The notes below the pieces were generated by a model. The model saw only the letters and a program-made list of their open reading frames with translations, was not told where the DNA came from and did no database searches. Below, in pieces: positions 1 through 9,412 of a stretch of 64,000 nt of DNA (position 1 is its first letter; every line of letters starts with the position of its first letter). Where the stretch lies: contig CADACW010000001.1 in assembly GCA_902786565.1 (NCBI GenBank), positions 55,151 to 119,150 on the forward strand, given 5' to 3'. This DNA is from an uncultured Prevotellaceae bacterium. Lineage in GTDB: Bacteria; Bacteroidota; Bacteroidia; Bacteroidales; Bacteroidaceae. The translations under genes and the position numbers were made by a program.

Positions 1-2
1 TC

Positions 3-908
3 AACAACAAAATCTGGAACGCTTTCCGCCTTGTCAAGGGCTGGCAGGTAGCCGACGGTTCCGTATGTTGCGATACCATCGCAACAAACAAGACCGCCAT
101 CGCCTGGATGGACGCCAAACTGCGACAGGCCGACGCCGAACTGAAAGATCACTTCTCGAAATACCGCATCAACGACGCCCTGATGACCGTCTACAAACTG
201 TTTTGGGACGAGTTCTCGCAGTGGTACTTGGAAATGGTCAAGCCGGCATACATCGACGGCAAGCAACAGCCCCTCGACCGCGAGACCTATGATGCCACAC
301 TGCGCTTCTTCGAGACGCTGCTGAAGATGCTCCACCCCTTCATGCCCTTCATCACCGAGGAGTTGTGGCAGGCACTCTACGAACGCAAGGCCGGCGAGAG
401 CATCATGCGCGACCAGCTGGCGCTGGGCCAACTGACCGCCGCCGAAGAGCAGCTCATTGCCGACATTGAGCAGGTGAAGCAGGTGGTTGGCGGTGTGCGC
501 ACAGTGCGTAGCCAAAAAAATATCGCTCCGAAGGAACGCCTTCAGTTACAGGCCATTAGCCGCAACTGCTTCGAGCAATACAACGACATCATTCTGAAGA
601 TGGCCGGACTCTCAGCCATCAACGTTGTAGAGCAGAAAGACCCCACCGCCAGTACCTTTATGGTGGGCACCGACGAGTTTGCCGTTCCCCTTGGCGACCT
701 CATCGACGTGAAGGCCGAAATTGAGAAGATGGAGGCCCAGCTTAAGCACCTTGAAGGTTTCCTGATGGGTGTGCAAAAGAAGCTCTCCAACGAGCGTTTC
801 GTGGCCAATGCCCCTGAAGCAGTTGTAGCTTTGGAACGTAAGAAACGAAGCGACGCCGAGGAAAAGATAGCCTCGCTCCGCGAAAGTCTGGCAGCCCTTA
901 AAAAATAA
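3..908 (+). CDS. valS: Valyl-tRNA synthetase, C-terminal part (gene begins before the window)
   Basis: The frame is open from base 3 (NNKIWNAFRL, a class I anticodon-binding-domain motif). It also has FWDEFSQWYLE, LLKMLHPFMPFITEELW and the C-terminal coiled arm KLSNERFVANAPEAVV. Confidence 0.95.
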   Translation, partial: NNKIWNAFRLVKGWQVADGSVCCDTIATNKTAIAWMDAKLRQADAELKDHFSKYRINDALMTVYKLFWDEFSQWYLEMVKPAYIDGKQQPLDRETYDATLRFFETLLKMLHPFMPFITEELWQALYERKAGESIMRDQLALGQLTAAEEQLIADIEQVKQVVGGVRTVRSQKNIAPKERLQLQAISRNCFEQYNDIILKMAGLSAINVVEQKDPTASTFMVGTDEFAVPLGDLIDVKAEIEKMEAQLKHLEGFLMGVQKKLSNERFVANAPEAVVALERKKRSDAEEKIASLRESLAALKK

Positions 909-917
909 TACTATACG

Positions 918-2618
918 ATGGGATCATTCCAATGGCTTTCTGCCCTCTTCACCAATACCACGTCGGTGGCACACATAGCGCTTCTCTACGCCATTGTGAT
1001 TGCCGTCGGCGTCTATTTGGGTAAAATCAAGATACTGGGCATTTCACTTGGCGTTACCTTTGTGCTCTTTGCGGGCATTGTCGTCGGCCACATCTTCCAT
1101 TTCTACGGAATGGAGGCTGCCCCGACCAACATTCTGACGTTTATTCAGGACTTCGGCCTCATCCTCTTTGTCTTTATGATTGGTTTGCAGGTGGGTCCTG
1201 GCTTCTTTGAGAGCTTCGGCAAGGCGGGCATCAAGCTCAACGGCCTGGCCGCCTCAGCCATCATGCTCAATATCCTCGTGATGTTCGCCTGCTATTACAT
1301 CTTCTTCGATACCAGCGACCCGACAACGCTGCCCATGATGGTGGGCACGCTCTACGGCGCAGTGACCAACACGCCCGGTCTGGGTGCTGCCAACGAGGCC
1401 CTGACATCGGTCTTCGGGACCAACGCCCCACAGATTGCCTCGGCCTACGCCTGCGCCTATCCGCTCGGTGTGCTGGGCATTATCGGTGCCATCATCCTGA
1501 CCCGCTACATCTGCAAAGTCCAGCTGGAGAAGGAGGAAGAGCGCCTGACGGCCATGGAGGAAACAAAAGCCAACAAGAAGCCCTTCAAGATGCACTTGGA
1601 GGTAACCAACAAGTACCTTGAAGGCAAGACGCTGCTGCAGGTGCACAACTTCCTGAACCGCGACTTTGTCGTGTCACGCTTGGTCCACAACGGCGAGTTG
1701 TGCATCCCTAACCGCGACACCATTTTCCATTTGGGCGACCAGATGCTTATAGTGTGTGCCGAGGCCGACCACGAGGCCATCATGGCTTTCATCGGCCCGA
1801 TGATTGACATTGACTTTGAGCAGCAGGACCAGCCGCTCGTGTCGAAGCGCATCCTCATAACCAACCCTGAAATCAACGGTAAGTCGATGGCTTCGATGCA
1901 CTTCTCCAGCGTCTACGGTGTGAACGTCACCCGCCTCACCCGCCATGGCATCGACCTCTTTGCCTCTGCCGGCCTGCCCCTCCAGGTGGGCGACAAGATT
2001 ATGGTTGTGGGCCCTGAGGATGCCGTTGACCGTGTGGCCACCAAGATGGGCAACAGCGTGAAGCGCCTGAATGCTCCCAACATCGCCACCATCTTCGTGG
2101 GCATTTTCCTCGGCATCATCTTCGGCTCGCTTCCCTTCATTCCGGGCATGCCTCTGATGAAACTGGGCATTGCCGGCGGTCCGCTCATCGTGGCCATCCT
2201 CATTGGCCGCTATGGCTATAAGCTCCGCCTCGTCACCTACACCACCACCTCGGCCAACATGATGTTGCGCGAGATAGGACTGGCGCTATTCCTTGCCTCG
2301 GTGGGCATCAAGGCGGGTGCGGGCTTCTTCGAAACCGTGATGGAAGGCGACGGCCTGCTCTATGTGCTGACGGGCTTCCTCATCACCGTCATACCTATTC
2401 TTATAATAGGCCCATTGGCTCGCTGGAAGTTCAATTTCAACTATTTCACCATCGCTGGTATGCTGGCAGGCACCTACACCGACCCGCCCGCACTGGCCTA
2501 TTCAAACAGCATCTGCTCGCGTGAGGCACCGGCCTTGGGCTACTCCACTGTGTACCCGTTCTCGATGTTCCTACGCATCCTGACCGCACAGCTCATCGTG
2601 CTGTTCTTCTGCGGATAA
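918..2618 (+). CDS. AspT/YidE/YbjL-family putative exchanger with two TrkA-C domains
   Basis: Two hydrophobic blocks with the duplicated motifs [12 protein letters not shown] and [10 protein letters not shown] flank a soluble RCK-C region. This is the YidE/YbjL layout. Confidence 0.85.
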   Translation: MGSFQWLSALFTNTTSVAHIALLYAIVIAVGVYLGKIKILGISLGVTFVLFAGIVVGHIFHFYGMEAAPTNILTFIQDFGLILFVFMIGLQVGPGFFESFGKAGIKLNGLAASAIMLNILVMFACYYIFFDTSDPTTLPMMVGTLYGAVTNTPGLGAANEALTSVFGTNAPQIASAYACAYPLGVLGIIGAIILTRYICKVQLEKEEERLTAMEETKANKKPFKMHLEVTNKYLEGKTLLQVHNFLNRDFVVSRLVHNGELCIPNRDTIFHLGDQMLIVCAEADHEAIMAFIGPMIDIDFEQQDQPLVSKRILITNPEINGKSMASMHFSSVYGVNVTRLTRHGIDLFASAGLPLQVGDKIMVVGPEDAVDRVATKMGNSVKRLNAPNIATIFVGIFLGIIFGSLPFIPGMPLMKLGIAGGPLIVAILIGRYGYKLRLVTYTTTSANMMLREIGLALFLASVGIKAGAGFFETVMEGDGLLYVLTGFLITVIPILIIGPLARWKFNFNYFTIAGMLAGTYTDPPALAYSNSICSREAPALGYSTVYPFSMFLRILTAQLIVLFFCG

Positions 2619-2657
2619 ACACTCTATAAAATATTATTAATACACGTAATTTAAACA

Positions 2658-3680
2658 ATGAACCACCTAAAACCCCTGCTGGCAGGACTGCTGCTAACCG
2701 CCTCGGGCACGATGTTCGGCCAAGGTGCCAAAAACATCGTCATCAGTGAGGTGCTGACCAACAACACCGCCAGTATCCAGGATGAGTTTGGACGGCGCGA
2801 GGCATGGATAGAGTTGGAGAACGTCTCGTTCACCACCTACAACGTGCGCGGTATGTTCATCACGACCGACCGTCGCGTGCTCGACAAGAGCCTCAGTGCT
2901 CCCGACCGCATCAAACTCATGCGTATGATTCCCAGTGGCGAAGACCGGACACAAATTGGCGGCCGCCACCATCTGCTGCTCTTCGCCAACAGCAACCCCG
3001 CTGACGGCAAGTTGCATCTTGCCCTCAACATTCCGATGTCGGAACCCGTTTGGATTGCTCTCTACAACGGCAATGGTGTCGAGCTGATTGACTCAGTGAC
3101 GGTCCCCGCCCTGTCGGCCGACCATTCGTATGCCCGCGTGAAAGGCAGCTGGAGCGTGAAAGCCCCTGAAGCCGTCACCCCCTGCATCGAGAACACCATC
3201 GAAGCCAGTGCATCCAAGATTGACCAGTTCAAGGAGCGCGACCCCTACGGGTTTGCCATGGCCCTGATGGCTATGGGCATTGTGTTCCTCTGTTTGGCTC
3301 TGCTCTGGATTTTCTTCACACTCTTCGGTATGGTGATGCGCCATCTTGACACCGCCAAGAAAGTGGCCAACGCACAGCCCATCAAGCCCATCACCAAAAC
3401 GGTGGAGAAGACAGTCGAGATGGCACACAAAACGGGCAACATCATGCAAGAGGGACTTGACAAGAAGGGTATCGACCTGGAGGTCTATATGGCCGTCATC
3501 GGCATGGCCCTGAAACAGTACGAGGACGACGTGCACGACGTGGAGAGCGGTGTCATAACCATCAAGCCCAAAGACACCGGCTGGGACGATGAATACAGTC
3601 AGATGACGCATCTGCACGACCCGTTCCTCCCCAGCGACCACAATGCCCCGCGCATCCCCACAACCCCAGAACTTCATTAA
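2658..3680 (+). CDS. Na+-translocating decarboxylase gamma/delta subunit (OadG-like) with an N-terminal lamin-tail-like domain
   Basis: Signal peptide, then IVISEVLTNN...AWIELEN (LTD-like), then a single TM helix MGIVFLCLALLWIFF, then the OadG-type tail AVIGMALKQY...VHDVESGVITIK. It lies directly upstream of the biotin carrier and beta subunit. Confidence 0.75.
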   Translation: MNHLKPLLAGLLLTASGTMFGQGAKNIVISEVLTNNTASIQDEFGRREAWIELENVSFTTYNVRGMFITTDRRVLDKSLSAPDRIKLMRMIPSGEDRTQIGGRHHLLLFANSNPADGKLHLALNIPMSEPVWIALYNGNGVELIDSVTVPALSADHSYARVKGSWSVKAPEAVTPCIENTIEASASKIDQFKERDPYGFAMALMAMGIVFLCLALLWIFFTLFGMVMRHLDTAKKVANAQPIKPITKTVEKTVEMAHKTGNIMQEGLDKKGIDLEVYMAVIGMALKQYEDDVHDVESGVITIKPKDTGWDDEYSQMTHLHDPFLPSDHNAPRIPTTPELH

Positions 3681-3720
3681 ATGAAGAATGTGATAACGAG
3701 ATAACGAAAAAAAAATCGAG

Positions 3721-4185
3721 ATGAATACCTATAAATATAAAGTGAAAGGCGTGGACTACGAAGTGGAAATCGCCGAAGTAGAAGGCAACATTGCCAAAGT
3801 GAACGTCAACGGCATTCCGTTTGAGCTGGAGCTGCAGAAGCCCATCAACGCTGCCAAGCATCCGACAATGAACAAGCCCAAGGTGGAAATTCCCCGCCCC
3901 GCCGCAGCTGCACCCGCACCCGCCAGTCCAGCCCCCGCTGCCGCTCCCGCCGCAGCCGCAGCCGCTGGTGCCGGCAATGCCCTGAAGGCCCCGCTGCCCG
4001 GCACCGTCACAGAAGTGAAGGTCCAGGTGGGTCAGACCATAGCCGTAGGCGACACCGTGCTGGTGCTTGAGGCCATGAAGATGCAGAACAACATCGAGTC
4101 TGACTATGCCGGTCAGGTCACCTCTGTCCTCGTCAAGCCAGGCGACACCGTCATGGAGGGTGCTGTGCTGCTGACTATCGCATAA
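3721..4185 (+). CDS. Biotin carboxyl carrier subunit
   Basis: Biotinylation motif LEAMKMQN and an Ala/Pro-rich linker. Confidence 0.95.
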   Translation: MNTYKYKVKGVDYEVEIAEVEGNIAKVNVNGIPFELELQKPINAAKHPTMNKPKVEIPRPAAAAPAPASPAPAAAPAAAAAAGAGNALKAPLPGTVTEVKVQVGQTIAVGDTVLVLEAMKMQNNIESDYAGQVTSVLVKPGDTVMEGAVLLTIA

Positions 4186-4199
4186 TTGAAGATTGATAA

Positions 4200-5366
4200 A
4201 TGAAGATTGACGTTATGTGGCAATTCATTATAAATAATTTCAACGAGTTTCTTACCTACACCGGTTTTGCCAATGCCGAGGTGGGAAACCTCATTATGAT
4301 TTTGGTGGGAGGCCTGTTCATCTATCTTGCCATCAAGAAAGACTTTGAGCCGCTCCTGCTTGTGCCCATCGGACTGGGCATCATCCTGGGCAATATCCCC
4401 TTCCGTGGCGACGCCGGCCTGGAGATTGGCCTCTACGAGGACAACTCCGTGCTGAACATTTTCTATCAAGGTGTGCGCCAAGGCTGGTACCCTCCGCTCA
4501 TATTCCTTGGCATTGGTGCCATGACCGACTTCACCGCCCTGCTGGCCAACCCTAAGCTGATGCTTATCGGTGCTGCCGCCCAGTTCGGTATCTTCGGTGC
4601 CTACATGATAGCACTGGCATTAGGCTTTGAGCCCAACCAGGCAGCCGGTATCGCCATCATCGGTGGTGCCGACGGCCCCACGGCCATCTTCCTCTCGTCG
4701 AAGCTGTCGCCAAACCTGATGGGTGCCATTGCCGTGTGTGCCTACAGCTACATGGCCCTTGTGCCGCTCATCCAGCCCCCCATCATGCGACTGCTCACCA
4801 CCGAGAAGGAGCGTGTCATCAAGATGAAGCCCTCGCGTCAGGTCAGCCAGACCGAGCGCATCCTCTTCCCCATCATCGGACTGCTCATCACGACCTTCAT
4901 CGTGCCCTCTGCCCTACCCTTGCTGGGCATGCTGTTCTTTGGCAATCTGCTGAAAGAGAGTGGTAAGACCACCCGACTGGCCAAGACTGCCGGTGCTGCG
5001 CTGAACGACATTGTGGTGATGCTGCTGGGTCTCACCGTGGGCTGCTCCACTCAGGCCAGCGAGTTCCTCACGCTCAACACCGTGTTCATCTTTGCCATCG
5101 GTGCCTTCGCCTTTGCCATTGCCACGGCCAGCGGCGTGCTGTTCGTTAAGATTATGAATTTGTTCCTTCCCAAAGACAAGAAAATCAACCCGCTCATCGG
5201 CAATGCCGGCGTCTCCGCCGTGCCAATGGCCGCCCGTATCAGTCATAATATGGGATTGGAGTACGACCGCCACAACTTCCTCCTCATGCACGCCATGGGC
5301 CCCAATGTGGCAGGCGTCATCGGTTCGGCAGTGGCCGCCGGTGCTTTGCTCGGCTTCCTGTCGTAG
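4200..5366 (+). CDS. oadB: Na+-translocating decarboxylase beta subunit (OadB/MmdB/GcdB family)
   Basis: Signature IGIIGGADGPTAIF-like motif (AIIGGADGPTAIF), plus GAMTDF, SAVPMAAR and MGPNVAGVIGS. Highly hydrophobic. Confidence 0.92.
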   Translation: MKIDVMWQFIINNFNEFLTYTGFANAEVGNLIMILVGGLFIYLAIKKDFEPLLLVPIGLGIILGNIPFRGDAGLEIGLYEDNSVLNIFYQGVRQGWYPPLIFLGIGAMTDFTALLANPKLMLIGAAAQFGIFGAYMIALALGFEPNQAAGIAIIGGADGPTAIFLSSKLSPNLMGAIAVCAYSYMALVPLIQPPIMRLLTTEKERVIKMKPSRQVSQTERILFPIIGLLITTFIVPSALPLLGMLFFGNLLKESGKTTRLAKTAGAALNDIVVMLLGLTVGCSTQASEFLTLNTVFIFAIGAFAFAIATASGVLFVKIMNLFLPKDKKINPLIGNAGVSAVPMAARISHNMGLEYDRHNFLLMHAMGPNVAGVIGSAVAAGALLGFLS

Positions 5367-5373
5367 AAATCTG

Positions 5374-6198
5374 TCAAGAAGCGTCAGCCGCATCTTCTTC
5401 CTTGCGGCTGCGCTCTTCTTCCATCAGCTGGAAGTCTTTCTTCTTCAACACAAACGAATTGGAAAGATACTTTTCCCTGACTATCTTATTCTCAGCTAAT
5501 TGTTCGGGCGTACCCTCAAAGAGGATGCGCCCTTCAAATAGCAGATAGGCACGGTCGGTGATGCAGAGCGTCTCTTGCACGTTGTGGTCGGTAATCAGAA
5601 TGCCAATATTGCGGTATTTCAGCCTCCACACAATCTGCTGAATGTCTTCTACGGCAATGGGGTCCACACCGGCAAAAGGCTCGTCGAGCATGATGAACTT
5701 CGGCTCGATGGCCAGACAGCGTGCTATCTCCGTACGCCGGCGCTCACCGCCCGAGAGCTGGTCACCCTTGTTCTTGCGCACCTTCTGCAGTCGGAACTCA
5801 CTTATCAGGCTCTCCAGCTTCTCCAGCTGATACTGGCGTGGCTTGCCCGTCATCTCCAGCACCGAAAGGATATTGTCCTCAACACTCATCTTGCGGAAGA
5901 CCGAGGCCTCCTGTGCCAGATAGCCAATGCCGGCCCTTGCCCGCTTGTAGACGGGATAGTCGGTCACCTCTTGGTCGCCCAGATAGATATGTCCGCCATT
6001 GGGCAGCACCAGGCCCGTGGTCATATAGAACGATGTGGTCTTGCCGGCACCGTTAGGCCCAAGCAGTCCTACAATCTCACCTTGGCGCACGTTGAAACTC
6101 ACGTCGTTCACCACTGTGCGCTTGCCATAGCGTTTCACCAGTCCTTCACTGCGCAGCACAATGCTCTCTTCGGCGGGTGTGTTCTGTATCTCTTCCAT
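5374..6198 (-). CDS. lptB: LPS export ABC transporter ATP-binding protein
   Basis: Walker A GPNGAGKT, signature [27 protein letters not shown]. Start placed at the ATG at 6198 because a TAATTTTG promoter element at 6223-6230 lies inside the longer ORF. Confidence 0.92.
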   Translation of the reverse strand: MEEIQNTPAEESIVLRSEGLVKRYGKRTVVNDVSFNVRQGEIVGLLGPNGAGKTTSFYMTTGLVLPNGGHIYLGDQEVTDYPVYKRARAGIGYLAQEASVFRKMSVEDNILSVLEMTGKPRQYQLEKLESLISEFRLQKVRKNKGDQLSGGERRRTEIARCLAIEPKFIMLDEPFAGVDPIAVEDIQQIVWRLKYRNIGILITDHNVQETLCITDRAYLLFEGRILFEGTPEQLAENKIVREKYLSNSFVLKKKDFQLMEEERSRKEEDAADAS

Positions 6199-6222
6199 TG
6201 CTTCTGTTTCCTTATTTTGCTG

Positions 6223-6230
6223 CAAAATTA
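6223..6230 (-). promoter_or_regulatory. Bacteroidetes sigma-A -7 element for lptB
   Basis: CAAAATTA on the + strand reads TAATTTTG on the - strand (TAnnTTTG), 25 bp upstream of the ATG. Confidence 0.6.
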
Positions 6231-6437
6231 ATAAAAAACCTCCCACAATTCATTTGCTGCCACCATATTTTAGGTTTAAATAACATTACCAGGTACTGAA
6301 AAATTAATTAATCTTCACTCATTAAACGAATGTAAATTTGCCAGCACCACTCGCAAACGGAATTTAAAGGGGATTCCCCAAGTGTTAAAATGAAAGAAAA
6401 ATAGCCGACAAATTGTCAGTATTAGGAATTTTGCCTT

Positions 6438-6445
6438 TATATTTG
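6438..6445 (+). promoter_or_regulatory. Bacteroidetes -7 element for degP
   Basis: TATATTTG, 45 bp upstream of the ATG at 6490. A second match, TAAATTTG, is at 6333-6340. Confidence 0.55.
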
Positions 6446-6489
6446 CAACAACGATTTCCAAACGTATCAGAATCATTAACAAACACAGT

Positions 6490-7998
6490 ATGGATATGAA
6501 AAAGATTGTAAATTTCGTGACACCGGCCCTCAGCGTGGCCGCTATCGTTTTCTCCGTTGCAGCCTTCAACACCACTTGTGCTGCCACCCACTCGCCGTCG
6601 TCGGCTCCTGAGACAGCCGCCGTGGCCTCTATGCCCGCCGTGCAGCCTGTCGACCTGACATCTGCCGCCGACAAGGCCCTGCCCTCTGTCGTTCATATTA
6701 AATATGTACAGAACTCGAAAATACAGACCGTAGAGGTTCAGACCGACCCCTTCGAGGATTTCTTCAGCGACCCCTTCGGCGGCTTCTTCGGCCGTGGACA
6801 GCGCGGTCAGGGTGGCACCCGCAAGCAGCAGGTGCAGACCCCTAAGCGCACGGCTACAGGCAGTGGCGTGATTATCTCGACCGACGGCTACATCGTGACC
6901 AACAACCACGTGGTGGACGGCGCTGACGAGCTGACTGTCACATTGTCAGACAACAAGGAATACTCCGCCCGCATCATCGGTGCCGACAAGACCACCGACC
7001 TGGCCCTCATCAAGATTGACGGCAAGCAGCTGCCCGCCATCAAGATTGCCAACTCCGACGATGTGAAGGTGGGCGAATGGGTGCTGGCCATCGGCAACCC
7101 GCTCGGACTGAACAATACCGTGACAGCTGGCATCATCTCGGCCAAGGCCCGCACACTGGGCGCCAATGGCGTGGAGAGTTTCATCCAGACCGATGCCGCC
7201 ATCAACGCCGGTAACTCGGGCGGCGCACTGGTCAATGCCAACGGCGAGCTGGTGGGCATCAACGCTATGCTCTACTCGCAGACAGGCTCCTACAGCGGCT
7301 ACGGCTTTGCCATCCCCACGGCCATGATGAACAAGGTGGTGGATGACCTGAAGCAGTACGGCACCGTGCAGCGCGCCATGATCGGCATCAGCGGCACCGA
7401 CGTGAAGAACTATGTGGACAGCGAGAAGGACAAGGGCAACGAGGTGGACCTGGGCACCATGGAGGGCATCTATGTGGCCGAGATTGTTGAGAACAGCGCC
7501 GCCGAAGATGCCGGCATCGAGAAGGGCGACGTCATCACCGAGGTTGATGGCCAGAAGGTACAGAAGTTTGGCGACCTCTCAGGCATCATTGCCCAGAAGC
7601 GTCCTGGCGACAAGGTGAAACTGACCTACCTGCACAACAAGAAGAAGCAGACCAAGGAGGTGATGCTGCGCAACGAGCAGGGCAACACCAAGGTGGTGAA
7701 GAACGCCGACCTCGACGTGCTGGGAGCTGACTTCCGCGAGGTGACCAAGGCCCAAAAGGAGCAATTGGAAATCAACTATGGATTGGAGGTCATCAAGGTG
7801 AATGCCGGCAAGATGAAGGAGGCTGGTGTGCCCAAGGGATTCATCATCCAGCGTGTGAACGACGAGTCCATGAAGACCGTGGAAGACCTGCAGCAGGCCG
7901 TCAAGGATGCCAGCACGTCGAAGGAGCCGGTGCTCATCATCCGCGGCATATTCCCCACCGGCAAGACAGGCTACTTCGTAGTGCAGCTCACTGATTAG
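6490..7998 (+). CDS. degP: HtrA/DegP (Do family) serine protease with two PDZ domains
   Basis: Catalytic-triad motifs TNNHVV, TDLALIKI and GNSGG, plus FIQTDAAIN and two C-terminal PDZ-like repeats. Confidence 0.93.
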   Translation: MDMKKIVNFVTPALSVAAIVFSVAAFNTTCAATHSPSSAPETAAVASMPAVQPVDLTSAADKALPSVVHIKYVQNSKIQTVEVQTDPFEDFFSDPFGGFFGRGQRGQGGTRKQQVQTPKRTATGSGVIISTDGYIVTNNHVVDGADELTVTLSDNKEYSARIIGADKTTDLALIKIDGKQLPAIKIANSDDVKVGEWVLAIGNPLGLNNTVTAGIISAKARTLGANGVESFIQTDAAINAGNSGGALVNANGELVGINAMLYSQTGSYSGYGFAIPTAMMNKVVDDLKQYGTVQRAMIGISGTDVKNYVDSEKDKGNEVDLGTMEGIYVAEIVENSAAEDAGIEKGDVITEVDGQKVQKFGDLSGIIAQKRPGDKVKLTYLHNKKKQTKEVMLRNEQGNTKVVKNADLDVLGADFREVTKAQKEQLEINYGLEVIKVNAGKMKEAGVPKGFIIQRVNDESMKTVEDLQQAVKDASTSKEPVLIIRGIFPTGKTGYFVVQLTD

Positions 7999-8010
7999 CA
8001 ATTTAAAATG

Positions 8011-8082
8011 AAGAATTTAGAGTTATCGCCTGCGGCGAGTAAGAATTAAGAATCACCCTGCGCAGCATAACTCTAAATTCTT
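8011..8082. terminator. Long inverted repeat between convergent degP and hflX
   Basis: AAGAATTTAGAGTTAT (8011-8026) pairs perfectly with ATAACTCTAAATTCTT (8067-8082). The loop contains an inner CGCCTGCGGCG hairpin. Confidence 0.6.
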
Positions 8083-9328
8083 AATCCTCTATTGTGTAGA
8101 GGAAGTCGTTGTAAGGATATTTTTGGACGTGAAGTTTGCGCACCATGCTGTAAAGTGTGGTGCGCAACTCGTCTATGTTCTGCCGTTCACGTGCGGAAAT
8201 AAAGAGACAGTCGCCGTTCATCCTTGCCATCCACGTCTGCTTCAGGTCGTCCAGCGAGATATTCTCTTTCGTGGGAGCGGTCAGGTCGTCCTCGTCCTGG
8301 GGCGTCCATCGGTAGGCGTCTATCTTGTTGAAGACCACCATCGACGGTGTCTCCTGGCAGCCCAGTTCGGCCAGTGTCTGCTCCACCACCCTGATTTGTT
8401 CCTCAAAGTCGGGATGGCTGATGTCCACCACGTGCACCAGCATGTCGGCCTCGCGCACCTCGTCGAGCGTGCTTTTAAACGACTCCACGAGGTCTGAGGG
8501 CAGCTTGCGGATGAAGCCCACGGTGTCTGCCAGCAGGAAAGGCAGGTTCTCGATGGTCACCTTGCGCACGGTGGTGTCGAGAGTGGCAAAAAGTTTGTTT
8601 TCGGCAAAGACATTGCTCTTCGAGAGCAGGTTCATCAGCGTCGACTTGCCCACGTTGGTATAGCCCACCAGCGCCACGCGGATCAGTCTGCCGCGGCTCT
8701 TGCGCTGCGTGGTCTTCTGCTGGTCAATCTCGGCCAGTCGCTGCTTGAGCAGGGTGATGCGGTGCAGGATGATACGGCGGTCCATCTCCAACTGCGTCTC
8801 GCCGGGTCCGCGCAGACCCACGGTGCCCTTGCCGCCACCACCGCCGCTGCCGCCACCTTGGCGCTCCAAGTGGGTCCACAGCCGTTGCAGGCGCGGCAGC
8901 ATGTAGCGGTGCTGGGCCAGCTCCACTTGGGCTTTGGCCTCGGCTGTCTGCGCCCGCATGGCAAAGATGTCGAGAATCAGGCTGGTGCGGTCCAGTATCT
9001 TCACTTGCAGTTCCTTCTCGATGTTGCGCAACTGCTTGGCCGTCAGCTCATCGTCGAAGATGACCATGCCCACAGGCTCTTCAGCGTCTTCACACTGCTT
9101 GATGTACTCTCTGATTTCCTGCAGTTTGCCGCTACCCACATAGGTCACACTGCTGGGTCCGCCCACGCGCTGGGTGAACCGCCTCACGGTGTGAGCCCCG
9201 GCTGTGTCGGCCAGAAACTCCAGTTCGTCCAGATACTCCTTCGTCTTCGCCTCGTCCTGGTTGGGCGTTATCAGGCCAACGAGCACCGCCGTCTCGGCCT
9301 TTGCTTCGGATATGATAAATTCCTTCAT
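8081..9328 (-). CDS. hflX: Ribosome-splitting GTPase HflX
   Basis: ILDIFAMRAQTAEAKAQVELAQ, GPGETQLEMDRR, G1 VGYTNVGKST, LFATLDTT, DTVGFI and NKID. A CAAAATTA promoter match lies at 9354-9361. Confidence 0.96.
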   Translation of the reverse strand: MKEFIISEAKAETAVLVGLITPNQDEAKTKEYLDELEFLADTAGAHTVRRFTQRVGGPSSVTYVGSGKLQEIREYIKQCEDAEEPVGMVIFDDELTAKQLRNIEKELQVKILDRTSLILDIFAMRAQTAEAKAQVELAQHRYMLPRLQRLWTHLERQGGGSGGGGGKGTVGLRGPGETQLEMDRRIILHRITLLKQRLAEIDQQKTTQRKSRGRLIRVALVGYTNVGKSTLMNLLSKSNVFAENKLFATLDTTVRKVTIENLPFLLADTVGFIRKLPSDLVESFKSTLDEVREADMLVHVVDISHPDFEEQIRVVEQTLAELGCQETPSMVVFNKIDAYRWTPQDEDDLTAPTKENISLDDLKQTWMARMNGDCLFISARERQNIDELRTTLYSMVRKLHVQKYPYNDFLYTIED

Positions 9329-9412
9329 ACAACTCTTAAATCATTAGGAGCTGCAAAATTAGGCATTTTTCCCGACATACAAGCCTGTTGGGCGGAAAAA
9401 ATTTGTGTCAGG

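Noticed and set aside
5376-5420. Hairpin inside the lptB 3' end (CAGCCGCA/TGCGGCTG) as a terminator for oadB
   Set aside because: Imperfect, without a U-tract and within coding sequence. Too weak to call.
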